From NCBI RefSeq assembly GCF_009914755.1, contig NC_060936.1: a stretch of 64,000 nucleotides of DNA; one strand, 5' to 3'. Source of the stretch: the human T2T-CHM13v2.0 reference genome, Homo sapiens. A model generated the notes under the pieces. That model was not told where the DNA came from. It saw only the letters and a list, made by a program, of their open reading frames with translations, and did no database searches. Positions 30,257-42,757 of this stretch are shown in pieces; within the stretch, counting starts at the first letter, position 1; each line of letters starts with the position of its first letter. A program made the translations under genes and the position numbers.

Positions 30257-30355
30257 TTTGCACAGATTAGTCCTCCCTATAGATAAAATTACTGGCCAGA
30301 ATCTACTGGCAGTAATTTTGTCTATAGGGAGGACTAATCTGTGGAAATATATTAG
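30249..30355. repeat. Near-perfect inverted repeat (hairpin): 51/50-bp arms, 6-nt loop
   Basis: Arms 30249-30299 and 30306-30355 are reverse complements with 2 mismatches and one 1-nt bulge. Confidence 0.97.
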
Positions 30356-31029
30356 GGTCTATAAGGGTCCTAAACATTGACCCATGACACAGACTCATTT
30401 TAACATCACTGACTCACAACTTGTGATAATTTCAGGCAATTTTAGTAACAGTATGTCTTCTGTTTTTCAAGATAAATAATACCTCCAGTTTTCTTAATGA
30501 TTCTTCATAAGAATAAAATGTCTAGGACTTTTACCAGCTGGGTGGGTCTCTCCAGAATCTAATGAAATATATTGGCTCTACTAGATTTATAAACCATATC
30601 AATGATCCTCTCAGGCATTTTCTCCAAACATTGAACTTCCTCTTCCCAAATATGATCAGAGCAGAAGGAAGGTAACATCCACGGAATCTTTAGGCTCGTC
30701 TTTCCAGTCTGGGTTCTCGAGACTTCAAGAAAGAGATAGACATGCATAAATAACTTCCAGTGATGACACTGCAAGCAGCCTTAGAAATGTAAGATGTTGG
30801 GGGGAAATCACCATACTCTTAATAAACAGTAAGGACCATAACCCCATGTTATTCCTTTTACTATCAGATGGTTTCAAAGCAATGGAAAATGTTGCCTACG
30901 TAGGAAAATGTTGCTACTCAGGAAGTAGCTTAAATCAAGGAACCCATAGTCTTTCAATTGAACCAGCATTTGTTCTTTCTGTAGGAAAGAAAATTTTGAT
31001 TGTCCAGCATCCCTTCCATTTGGGGATGC

Positions 31030-31540
31030 ATGGATCCCCCACTCCAAGTGCTATCATGGAACTGTTAATCCCCCTACTCCAGCTACAGGGGTGAGCCAGT
31101 GATCCACAATGGCCAGTCAGATTTTGTCTCTCCAGCCACAGTGATTGGACCACAATAGACATATGACCCAAGTCAGGCAAATTAGTCTTCATTGAGACTT
31201 TTCTGCTAAAGCAGTCTGGGAAGTTTATCTGTTTGAGGGGGTCTTGGGAAGATGTGAAGTCAGAACTTCTAGTGGCCATCTTCCTCCATCACAGAGAGTT
31301 AACCTGTCTGTAGGAGGAGGGAATGCAGCCAAATGCAGAGGGGAAAAGAGCAAAGAGATGGAGAGAGAGAGAGAGAGTATACTCTGAAGATGGTTGATGC
31401 CTGGATCCAGCTATGCCTGAAACTTACATTTTGACTTCCCAGATACTTAAGCCAATAAATTTTGCCTTTTCCTTAAGTTAATTTGGTATGGGTGTTTTGT
31501 TTTGCTTTTCCGTCATTTATATCAGAAAGAGTGCTAATAC
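31030..31540 (+). mobile_element. MLT1J/K-like LTR
   Basis: GCCACAGTGATTGG...ATGACCCAAGTCAGG...CCTGGATCCAGCTATGCCTGAA...AGCCAATAAATT. Confidence 0.65.
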
Positions 31541-33074
31541 ACTCCCCATAAAATATGATCTGACTGGATGTTTTGGTACCATTTGTTCAGGTGGGCCACT
31601 GCAAGGCAGCACTCTCCCACGTTACCCCACACTCACATGTGGCAGGTCTTCCTTGCTGCCCTCATCTTCTGGCTGCCTGACCCTCAGCTGCCAGACAGCA
31701 TGGGTGACCTCACTCCTGCAGACCCCTGCAGAGCACAATGACCATGCCATAGTGTTTAGGGCAGGAGAACCACAGTTGGGGCCACTTTGCTGAAGTCTAG
31801 CCCAGGCACCTTTAAACTGACAAATACAGTTATCTAAGGGAAAGTGAGCAGACAGTGCAGGGCAGGTTCAGCAAGAGGGAGTTGTTGAAGTTTTCCTGTT
31901 GCCCTGACAGGCAGCTTCCAAAGCTGGTTCTGCATGTCCAGCATTTGCTCCAGAGAGAGATGCAGCTTGTCTGCCTTGGCTCATCTGTGTGTCAAGGGGA
32001 GGGTTGGGAAGGAAGAGTAAGCACTGATATCCACAGACAAAGAGAAGTGAAGTTGGCTTGCATTTGATGTATCCAAGCCCTGTGACATGCCACTGAGGGT
32101 ACCGGCTCCTGGGGTAATGCACATTCCTACGTGTTTGTTTGACAGCCCAGCACTAGGGTCACCATGTCACTGCCCCAGCCTTGTTAGTGACAGCACATCT
32201 GGGAAAAAAAAAAAACAGACCTTGATGGCATTTCCTTCCGCTTTGACCTGTGAGGGGCTTTCACAGACGTCAACTCATCTGAGTCTCACACTGAGCACGA
32301 GGGCATGAGGGGACAGGGCAGGGGTGAGTCTCTCCCATGTTTTATGTGAGGAGACTGAGGTTGAGAGAAATTAAATCACTTTTGCAAAGCCATATTGGAA
32401 GCCCTGGGCCTTACTTCCCCTGCTTTGGCTTTTCCCAGTTGTGTCTCACCTTGACCATCTGATCCACCCACTCCCAAAATCCATGAAGGCCAAAGCAGTC
32501 CCTGCATTATCTTGCCCAGCCCTGGAATGAGGCAGGAATTTCATCAATACACACACAAGCAAGCCACCCCAACACACATGTATTCATACACACATACATC
32601 TACTCACAGGCATGTAGACTCATTCACGTATTCACATGTTATACCTGCATGTGTATGCTGTACATTCAAGCATACAGGCTTAACACAAACGCATATGCAA
32701 ATATTCATGCATACACATAGCATGAAGACACACACACACATACACACACACACGGTGGAGTCAATACCCTGCCACCCTCCTTAGGCAAGTTCACAATACT
32801 CCTAGAACTGATGCCTGGATTCCTCCATTGAGCCGAGCCATCCAGTCTGCAACACCCCCCAGATTCCAGCAATCTCATCCAAGATCAAGATCTGAATTTT
32901 TCTTTAGTTATATTCTCTCACGGATGCTCCAGAGCTATAGTACTGTCACAACAGCCGAAATAAAATCTGTCACTAACATATGTAGAAATTCAATAAACAG
33001 GAGTTGTGATCTGGTGAAAGACTATGGGACTCGTTCACTGATACCAAAGCCAGACAAGGAGAGCACGCAAATAA

Positions 33075-33570
33075 AAAAACCATAGTCCAGCTTCACCAAA
33101 CCAATGCAAAATAGTTCACTGTTACCAAACCAATGCAAAACTCCAAATAAATATTGACAGGTCAGATTAGAAAACTATAGTCCAACTTCACCAAACCAAT
33201 GCAAAATTCCAAATAAATATTGACAGGTTACATTTAGAAAACTACAGTCCATCTTTACCAAACTAATGCAAAATTCCAAATAAATATTAACAGATAAGAT
33301 TTAGAAAACCGTAGTCCATCTTCACCAAACTAATGCAAAATTCAAAATAAATATTGACAGGTCAGATTTAGAAAACCATAGTCCATCTTCACCAAACTAA
33401 TGCAGAACTCCAAATAAATATTAACAGGTCAGATTTAGAAAACTATAGTCCATCTTTATCAAACTAATGCAAAATTCCAAATAAATATTCGCAGGTAAGA
33501 TTTCAGAAACCATAGTCCATCTTCACCAAACTAATGAAAATTCCAAATAAATATTAACAGATCAGATTTA
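33075..33570 (+). repeat. Minisatellite, 67-bp unit, six full copies plus about 1.5 partial copies
   Basis: Unit starts at 33170, 33237, 33304, 33371, 33438 and about 33505; consensus GAAAACCATAGTCCATCTTCACCAAACTAATGCAAAATTCCAAATAAATATTGACAGGTCAGATTTA. Confidence 0.95.
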
Positions 33571-34530
33571 GGAGCATAATCAAAGAAATACGAGAATCAT
33601 GAAGTAAGGCATCTATTTAATTCACTACATTAATTCAGTCAAAAATATTTAGCATTATTTGAACACTTACTTTTTGCCAATATAGTATTGGCTTCTGTAT
33701 AGAACAATGGAACAGAATAAATGATTAATATAACTAAGCCTATATATATACATATATCAAAATGGATATATATATAAATGGAAGAGGAGATTTCAGAAAT
33801 AGACCCATAATAATAATAATGGTGACCATTTAAATTAGAAGAGAAAGGAAAGACTATCCAATACATGGTATTGACAAGACTGCCCTCTTACAAAAGAAAA
33901 AATAAAATTAGATCCTACTCCACACCATTCAAAACAATAAATCCCAGATGCACTAGAGTTCAACATAGAAACCAAAACTACGAAGTATGCTCCATAACAA
34001 ATGAATTCAGACACAACATGACCAGTGGCTGGCAATTAGTTCTCATCTTCAACAGCTCGATAACACTGACCCCACACTTTAAGTGACAAAGTATGTTTTG
34101 GGTTTCACTTCTAGCATTACGGTGTGATTTTTAGCATTCTAGAAGAAAGCATAGGAGAATGTTTTTACAACCTTGAGACAGGGAGAAGACCTTCCTAAGC
34201 AAGACACAAAATGCAGTAGCTGTAACAAGAAAGATTGACAGATGTGAACTACATCAGAATCAAGTCCTGTCAAATTAAAACCAGCAAGTGAAGTTAAAAA
34301 GTAAAACACTGTACACAATCCAAACATTTTTCAATAGATAAATCATTAATACCTGATTACATTAACACCTGATTATAATAATTAAACTTGATTACATAAT
34401 TTATCATACAATCATTTTACAGACTCTTAAATAGTGGTTACAAAGAATGATGCAAAGTTACATGTACTGGTATGAAAAAGTCTCCACGACATAGAGCTAC
34501 ATGTCAAAAATGAGTCACAAAACTGGTTAA

Positions 34531-34625
34531 ATAGATAGGTAGATAGATAGATTAGATAGGTAGATAGATAGATATGTAGACAAACAGAGAAAGAGAGAAA
34601 GAGAGAGAGAGAGATGATAGATATA
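34531..34625 (+). repeat. (GATA)n and (GA)n microsatellite
   Basis: TAGATAGGTAGATAGATAG...GAGAGAGA. Confidence 0.85.
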
Positions 34626-35844
34626 GATCCCATTCCTTTTTTAAAAGTGTTTAAAAATTATGAAGCTTCATAGAAAATGAACTATACTCATAATGAACTG
34701 TTAATGGTGATTATATTTAAGGAGGAGAATGGAGTCAATAGATGAGGGATGAATTTAACTTTTCACTCTATATGCTTATGAATTGTTGAGTTTTGACAAA
34801 GAGAATGTATTCATGGATTTCTTTGTGTGATATATAAAAGGCAAAACCATAACATTTGGAATTAGACTGTTCAGCTGCCAGCCCGGCTCAAGTGTTTATT
34901 AGCTTCCTAACCTGCAGCAATTTGCCTATCAAAATAAGGCAAGAACACCTACCTCATAAACATTGTATGAGCAATGAATAAAGTAAGTTAAAACTACTGC
35001 TTATTGAGCACCCACTGTATACCAGGTTTTTAAAATGCACTATTGCCTTTTAAATACACTATTCTACTGAACTACAGTGTAGTAAAAGCCTTGTAAGGTT
35101 GCTATAGCGTTTTGCATGTCAGGAAACTGAAACCCAGAGAAGTGAAGTAAACGGCCCAAGATCACAGGGCTGGTAAGTAGCAGAGCTAGCATGAGACCTG
35201 TGTCTTTTCTGCTCTAAGACCAGTGCCAGTTCCTCCCATGTTCACCACTCCAGGTCCTTTTATTTTTTGCTAAGAGGAGTGGTGCTTACACTGGGCTTAG
35301 GCAACACCCCAGAATAAACCTCAGATCAGCTGCACTACAGCCCCCAGCCTAGACCCTGCAGAAAGGGGAGCAGGAATTACTGACTCAAAGCCGCAGTCGA
35401 TTACTCACAGACGACGTATGCAAGCTCCCATCTCCCACTTCCTCTGAAATAGATAACAACAGCTATTTTAGCCTGAAATGCCACTGGCATAAACGCATGA
35501 AAAGTCGTAAATCTGGAATGATAAAAACTCATTGTAAAATAGCAGTCAGGGATTTGGATGATAAAACCCCATACCCTGCTCCAGCCAGCTGGGACCCCCA
35601 CTCTGGAGACGCCCAGCCAAAGAAGGGAGAAGAAAAAAGGGGGACATAGGGGAGATCAGTACCATATACAGTAGGAGGCTAATCAGAACTTTCCTTGCCG
35701 GAAGCTGAACAGACATTTAACACCAGGAATGGCTAACTGCATATTTTGAATTGTTTACAGCAGTGTACACAGTCTGATTTCTCTCTGTCGACTCCAAATT
35801 TTCATGAAATCCGATATACCTACAAATACTGACTAACCCTTTTA

Positions 35845-36055
35845 AAAGGGCTATTATGTGCTAGGAACTGTTCTAGGATTTTCCACAAATTAATCCATCT
35901 AATTCTTACAATAACTCAATTATTATTCCAATTCCCCAGATGAGGAAACTGAGGCACAGACCAGTTTGGTAAGTTGCCCAAGGTCCCAAAGCTAGTAGTA
36001 AGTGACAGGCCCAGGCAGTGTGACTTCAGAGTCCTCACTGTTCACCATCATTCCA
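35845..36055 (-). mobile_element. MIR SINE
   Basis: CAGATGAGGAAACTGAGGCACAGA...TTGCCCAAGGTC. Confidence 0.8.
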
Positions 36056-36214
36056 TATTTCCTCTCAAATATTTGGCATGGGGATAGGAGGGGGATGCAT
36101 CAAAATCAAAGAAGGGGCTGAAAGTCAGGTCTGGGTTGACGTAGTGCAGATAGGTTAGTCTCAAGCAGAAAAGGACCCTGAGAATGTCAAGAATACTCAG
36201 AAATCTAGAGAAGA

Positions 36215-36553
<339 letters not shown>

Positions 36554-38599
36554 TCAAGTCAATCTGATCTGGATCTCAAGGGTTCTGGAGCCATTGTATG
36601 GGTTATGTTTCTGAAAGACTTTACCACTTTCCCTCCCTCAGATCTCTCTTGGTGGTCAGTCCTAATGTGTGCTGGGTGTGGCATCCTCAAGTCCCTTGGC
36701 AGCTGGGCCCCTCCCTTTCAGTGCCTCTTTTAGGGCTCAGTTCTATTATACCTTTGTCCTTACTTGGTTGTGTTAGGATTTAAAGGGATTAATCTCACCT
36801 CTGCCTCACTGCCCCCAGGGCACATCTAAAATTATAAATACAGAAGTCCGATGGAGGATAAACTATCACCTATAATCTTGGTACTGCTTAATTAGAGGAC
36901 ACAGCCGACTTCCCCTGGTTAAATAGGTTCTTGCAACTTTTCCCTAAATCCAGCCCAAAGTTCTTCGGTGGAAATTTCTGTGATGATGAAAATGTCCCAT
37001 ATCTGATCCCAAGGTGTTTACACCTTGGCAGGAGGCTAGAGTTGCAGGAGAATACAGGGCCTGCACTCTGCACTCTAGAGGGTGCCATTTGCTCCCTGTC
37101 TGCAAATGCACTCCTGGAGTTTTGCAGTGCACCACCTGAGCAGCTGTCTATGGGAGCTCTGGAAGAAAGCCTACATCCTGCAGACAGGCCAAACTGAAAG
37201 GAGAAAGAGAGGAAGAGGTGAACATCAATCAGATTAAGCTCTCCTCATCCCTTGAGGGAAGATCCAGCAAGAAAAAAGTAGGAAGTGCATTACTTCCAAA
37301 TTCTTTACCTCCTGGAAAGTGGGGCAAAATTTCCTCATGAAAACATGAGAATAGGGGAAGAAATTTCTCCTAAAGAACTGTCTGGGTCAAAGCACCCAGC
37401 TACTAGTTGGCTGGAGGGAAGATTCCTCTCCACACTACAACATACCCAACACCCCCACCCCACCACCACCACCACCAAATGCTCTCAGGACTGACACAGC
37501 CAGGAGACTGATAAGACCAAAAGTCTTTCACTGGCTAAGATCACCCTTAGTCCACAAAAATGTTGTATGGGGCTGCTGTGGAGGGCTAAGTGAAATCAGC
37601 ATTCTTCACCTCTCTCTCTGCCTTAGTCCAGTTAGCCATGCTCTTCCTCCCTTAAAGAAGAAGAGTCATAATTTTAGCCACAATTTTCCACACTACCTAG
37701 TGCCTTAACAAACAGAATTTATCTGGCTTCATCCTCACACAGTCAGGGAAGCTCCAACTCCAATCACATTCCTTCCAATGAGTTTGAGGAGTCAGGGGTG
37801 GCAGGGGCTCAACTATGCTCACCAATGTCCCCTCCCAGCTAAGAGGCATCAGCCGCTGCTGCTTTTCTCTCCTGTGCCCGCGGTGACATCTCCTGCCCTC
37901 CTCACATCCTACCCAGGTTGGGTGAGCTCACAGCTTGACTTATTCTTCATTCCAGGCCCTCTGAAATGCTACAGAGCTGAGCCACCTGGAGCCACCAGTG
38001 TCTGACAAGAGTCACTGACAGTGTTCCCTTGACTTTCCCACCTACTTTGTGACCATGGCCTCTCTGTCTGGGGCTCTGCCTTGGACAATAAGCAGTGTTA
38101 GGCAGATGGCGAGACACGGAGATGACACACATGTGGCTTGAGGGCAAGAAGAGGGAAGCTTTGATGGGCTGAGCATGATGTCTTCCCTGAGGAATAAGAT
38201 TCGATCTAAGACCTGAACAGTGAAAAGAGGCAGCTATGCAAAGGGGTTGAGGCAAGAGCAGTCTAGGCAGAGCGAACTTTGTGCAAAGAGCCTGGGGCCA
38301 GGACAGGCTGGCTTGTGTCTGAGTAACAGAAAGGAGACCAGTGTGACTGAAGCTAAGTGAGCAAGGACAAGATTAAGATAATGTCTCTAAAATGCCTGAG
38401 ATTTCTTAAGTGCTTAAATAAATGGCAGCTGCTTGCAAAGGCAAGTAGTGCACAGAGAAACAAATGTTTGTCTCTGTTTAGTATCTTTTGATGAGGGCCT
38501 ACTCCATGCCAGCCACTGGGCTAGGGACTGCCTTGAGTGATTGTGGTGATCATATTCTGGTCATGAGAGAGGGATTGCTTTTATTCCCATTGTACAAAC

Positions 38600-38713
38600 G
38601 GATTTTGCCAAATTGAGCAAATAAAAACACAAAATGCCTACTTAAATTTGAATTTCAAACAATAGATAATCTTTCAGTTCAAGTATATCCCATGCAATAT
38701 TTGACACATACTA
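38600..38713. mobile_element. MER53-like MITE, one half
   Basis: TTGCCAAATTGAGCAAATAAAAACACA...TTAAATTTGAATTTCA...CCCATGCAATATTTG. Confidence 0.65.
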
Positions 38714-39068
38714 ATGGAGAAATGAAATACAATGAAGAAATTGTGTTTTACATTGAAATATGTATTGCCCACCTAATAGGTGCCAGGTATGGCCCAGTAA
38801 ACAAAGATAATAAAGCCTGACGTCAGCCCTTGAGGAACACCTACCATTGCTCTAATGGAGAGCATTACAGCTCAGTCTTTCTGGAGGAAATTAGGTGATG
38901 AAAATCAAAATCCTTAAAAATATTCTTATTTTTTGGCCTAGAAATTCCACTGTATATGACTTTCTGATACATTAGCTAATTTTGTAAGTTCCTAACATAC
39001 ATCATTATTTTTTTTGCAGAGCAAGCTACAATTGCAAAACATCATTTCTTCCATCAAAACAAATAACA

Positions 39069-39410
39069 TGCCAGGTGTAATGGCTCACTCCCATAATCTC
39101 AACACTTTGGGAGGCCAAGGCAGGTAGATCACTTTGAGCTCAGGGGTTTAAGAACAGCCTGGGCAACATGGTGAAACCCCATCTCTACAAAAAATACACA
39201 AATTACCGGAGTGTAGTGGCCTGTGCCTGTAATCCCAGCTATTCAGGTGGCTGAGGCATGAGAATCATTTGAACGTGGGAGGCAGAGGTTGCAGAGAGCC
39301 AAGATTGCGCCATTGCACTCCAGCTGGAGCAACAGAGTGAGACCGTCTCAAAACAAAACAAAACAAAACAAAAACACAAACACAAACACACAGAAAAAAA
39401 CAAATCAAAA
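39069..39410 (+). mobile_element. AluJ with (AAAAC)n tail
   Basis: Diverged dimeric Alu. Confidence 0.9.
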
Positions 39411-39435
39411 AGAAATCATGTGGACTAATGTCCTC

Positions 39436-40000
39436 TTTTTTAAAAATGTTTTATTTCCATTGGTTTTGGGGAACAGGTGGTATTTGGTTTCATGAGTAAG
39501 TTCTTTAGTGGTGATTTGTGAGATTGTGGTGCACCCATCACCGCAGCAGTATACACTGCACCAAATTTGTAGTTTTTTATCCCTTACCCGCTCCCACCCT
39601 TTCCCCCAAGTCCCCAAAGTCCATTGTATCATTGTTATGCCTTTGCATCTTCATAGCTTAGCTCCCACTTATGAGTGAGAACATACGATGTTTGGTTGTT
39701 TTCCATTCCTGAGTTACTTCACTTAGAATAATAGTCTCCAGTTCCATCCAGGTTGTGGCGAATGCCATTAATTCATTCCTCTTTATGGCTGAGTAGTATT
39801 CCATGGTATATGTATACACCAGAATTTCTTTATCCACTCATTGATTGATGGGCATTTGGGCTGGTTCGATATTTTTGCAATTGCGAGTTGTGCTGCTATA
39901 AACATGTGTGTGCAAGTATCTTTTTCATATAATGACTTTTCTTCCTCTGGGTAGATACCCAGTAGTGGGATTGCTGGATCAAATGGTATTTCTAATTTAG
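39436..40000 (-). mobile_element. L1PB 3' end
   Basis: Antisense ORF2 C-terminus (LEIPFDPAIPLLGIYPEE...DTCTHMFIAA...NQPKCPSINEWIKK) plus L1PB-type 3'UTR. Confidence 0.9.
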
Positions 40001-41662
40001 TGTGGAGATTCCTAATGTCTTTTTGGTCATGATTAGGAACTGTTATGGTTTGACTTGTGTCCTCCCTCAAAAGAAATTATGTTAAAGGCCTAACCCTCAG
40101 TACAACCAGCTGACATGAAGCCAGGCATCAGAGGATGAAAAGCAATTCCAGTCCCACAAAATCAAGCGTTCCCTTTTTTTTTTTTTTTTTTGATGCAGGT
40201 ACACTCCTGCCAGTTTAATAACTAATAGTAAATTTTTTTAAAAGTTTGTAATGTTCTTTGCAAATTTGATTAAAAGATTGTAAAAGATCCTGGCCAACAT
40301 TGAATGATATGTAAATGTCCCTTAACAAACAATCATAACTGGCTAGCATTCTATAAACTCACTGCAGCGTCTCAGGCCTCAGGCCAAGAAAACTCTGCTG
40401 TTTCACGTCTCTCTCTTTCACGAGCCCTGTCTTCCTCCCAAAGGCTGTGTCATCTCCTCACCCCATGGGCTGTGTTCTTTACAACCGGCACTGCCTGTGA
40501 CCCACAAAACTCCTGCGAGACACAGGGAGAAGCTCTGAAGCTGAGGCAGGTTAGAAAAGAAAAAATTTCTGAAGGCTGGGAAAGAGGAGATTATTGAGTC
40601 CACATAGTCAATGTCACTATCACCATCACCATGGTCATTGTCTCCTTCAGAAGAGTTTATTGAGCATCTACTAGGCCCCAATACTGGAAATATAGCATGA
40701 GAAACACAGTGGAAGTTTCTGTCCTCCTGGAAGTTCCATCCTAGCGGAAGAGAGACCATCAAAAAACTCCAAGCCATTTCAGACAATGATACATTTTGTA
40801 AGAGATGCAACAGGGTGGTGTGGTAGGGAGGAACTTGGATGAATTAAGGAGGTAAGATAAGAAAATGAGAGCAAGCACCATTGCAGGTGAGATAAGGAAG
40901 AGCTGTGAGGCTGGAGATTCATGAGGAGAGTTCTCCAGGCAAAGGGAGTAGCACAGGCCAAGGCCTGATATGGGAATGGGCTTGGCGTGTTTGTGGGGCT
41001 GAAAGAAGATTAGTGCATTTGTGCTGTGTGCAATGTACAGCAGGGAGAGGGTGGGAGATGGGGTGGGAGAGAAAGGAGGGGCTTGTAGACCTTGAGGAGG
41101 AGGTAGGATTTTGCTCATAGCTATTATTTATTGAGCACCTACTATGTTCCAGGCATTTTACACTCTTTAAATTATCTTTATAACCACACAAGGTTGATAA
41201 AATGACTGCCATTTTATGCATAAGTACAGTAACACATAGAGAGATTCCAGGATGTGTTTATGTCCCACAGTAAATGGCAGAGCTGGAATTTACAGCCATA
41301 TTCATCCAACTCCAAAGCCATGCACCTCACCACGACAGCACGCTTGGTGAAAGGTTAGGAGTTTAGTAGTTACGGTGCCTCTGCAGGCTCCCCTCTCCTC
41401 CTTCCTCTGCATACCCCCAACTGCTTGTGTCTCCTCATTTGCTCTGTTCTTTCTCTCAAACACCTGTGGTATGTGAACAATCTGAGGGCCAGGGCAAGAC
41501 AGCCTCCCTAGAACCTTCCATGAGTCTCAGAGCCCGGGACTGTGTCAGCAAAGCAATGTTGGAAGGGAAATCTTTGTTCTCTTGATGTGTTTTTCCATGC
41601 AGTAGCAGGAGCTCTCCTGGGGTGACACTCTTGGCTTCTTTCTGCCCCCTTTCTCACCCTCT

Positions 41663-42037
41663 TTATTAGTCCATTTTCATACTGCTATAAAGACTTGCCC
41701 AAGACTGGGTAATTTATAAAGGAAAGAGGTTTTTAATTAATTCAGATCAGCATGGCTGGCGAGGCCTCAGGAAACTTATGGTGGAAGGTGAAGGGAAGGA
41801 AGGAAGGCACCTTCTTCACAAAGCAGCAGGAAGGAGAACTGCTGAGCGAAGGGGGAAGGGCCCCTTATAAAACCGTCAGATCTTGTGAGAACTCACTCAC
41901 TATCATGAGAATAGCATGGGGGAAACTGCCCCCAAGATTCGATTACCTCCACCTGGTCTCTCCCTTGACACATGGGGATTATGGGGATTACAATTCAAGA
42001 AGATATTTAGTTCAGGACCGAAAGCCTAACCATATCA
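41663..42037 (-). mobile_element. THE1/MSTA-type MaLR solo LTR
   Basis: TATTAGTCCATTTTCATACTGCTAT...AACCATATCA. Confidence 0.85.
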
Positions 42038-42089
42038 TCCCCCAGGGAAGAGGGGAGACTTAACCTGATTGGTGAAGTTGAAAAGCAAG

Positions 42090-42757
42090 TTCTTTTGCCT
42101 TCCCTTACTTCCTGTCCCCTCTCCTCCCCACCCCTCCTGTCCCAACCTCTTTCTTTCCCTCCCCTCCCCTCCTTTTCCTTTCTCTTTCTCTCTTTTCCTC
42201 CCCTCCTGTCCTCTCCCCTCCCCTTTCCTCCCCTCTCCTTCTCTTCCTTTCCATCCCCTCCCTTCCCCTGCTCTCCCCTTTCTTTCTCTTTGCCTCCCCT
42301 CCCTTCCCCTCCTCTCCCCTTCCCTTCTCTTCCTTTACCTCCCCTCTCCTTCTCTTCCTTTCCCTCCCCCACTCCCCACTCTTTATCTTCCTTTCTCTCT
42401 TCTCCCCTCCTCTCTCCTCCCCTCCCCTCTCTTTCTCTTCCTTTTCTCCCCTCCCTTTCCCCCTGTCCCCTTCCCTTCTCTTTCCCTCGTCTCCCCTCCC
42501 ATCTCTTTCCTTTCCTCCCCTCTCCTTCTCTTCCTTCTCCTCCCCTCCCCTTCTTTCTCCTCACCTCCCTTCCCCTCCTCTCCCCTTCCCTTCTCTTCCT
42601 TTCCCTCCTCTCCCCTCCTATCTCTTCCCTTTCCTACCCTCTCCTCCCCTCCCCTCCCCTCCTCTCTCCTTCTCTTTCTCCTCCTCCCCTCTCCTCCCTT
42701 TTTCTTCTCTTCCTTTCCCTCCCCTCCCCTCCCCTTTCTTTCCTTTTTCTTCCTCTT
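42090..42757. repeat. CT-rich polypyrimidine/polypurine low-complexity tract
   Basis: About 650 bp almost exclusively C/T on the + strand, with a recurring CTCCTTCTCTTCCTTTCC motif. Confidence 0.95.

Larger units (their letters stand above)
33030..34820 (+). mobile_element. Fragmented old L1 (L1ME-like) ORF2 and 3' pieces, hosting a minisatellite and (GATA)n
   Basis: CTGATACCAAAGCCAGACAAG; CAGAAATAGACCCA; CACACCATTCAAAACAATAAATCCCAGATG. Confidence 0.6.

Noticed and set aside
33075-33570. CRISPR-like array (period of about 67 bp)
   Set aside because: The whole unit repeats with no unique spacers, there are no cas genes, and the context is primate DNA with an L1-derived unit.
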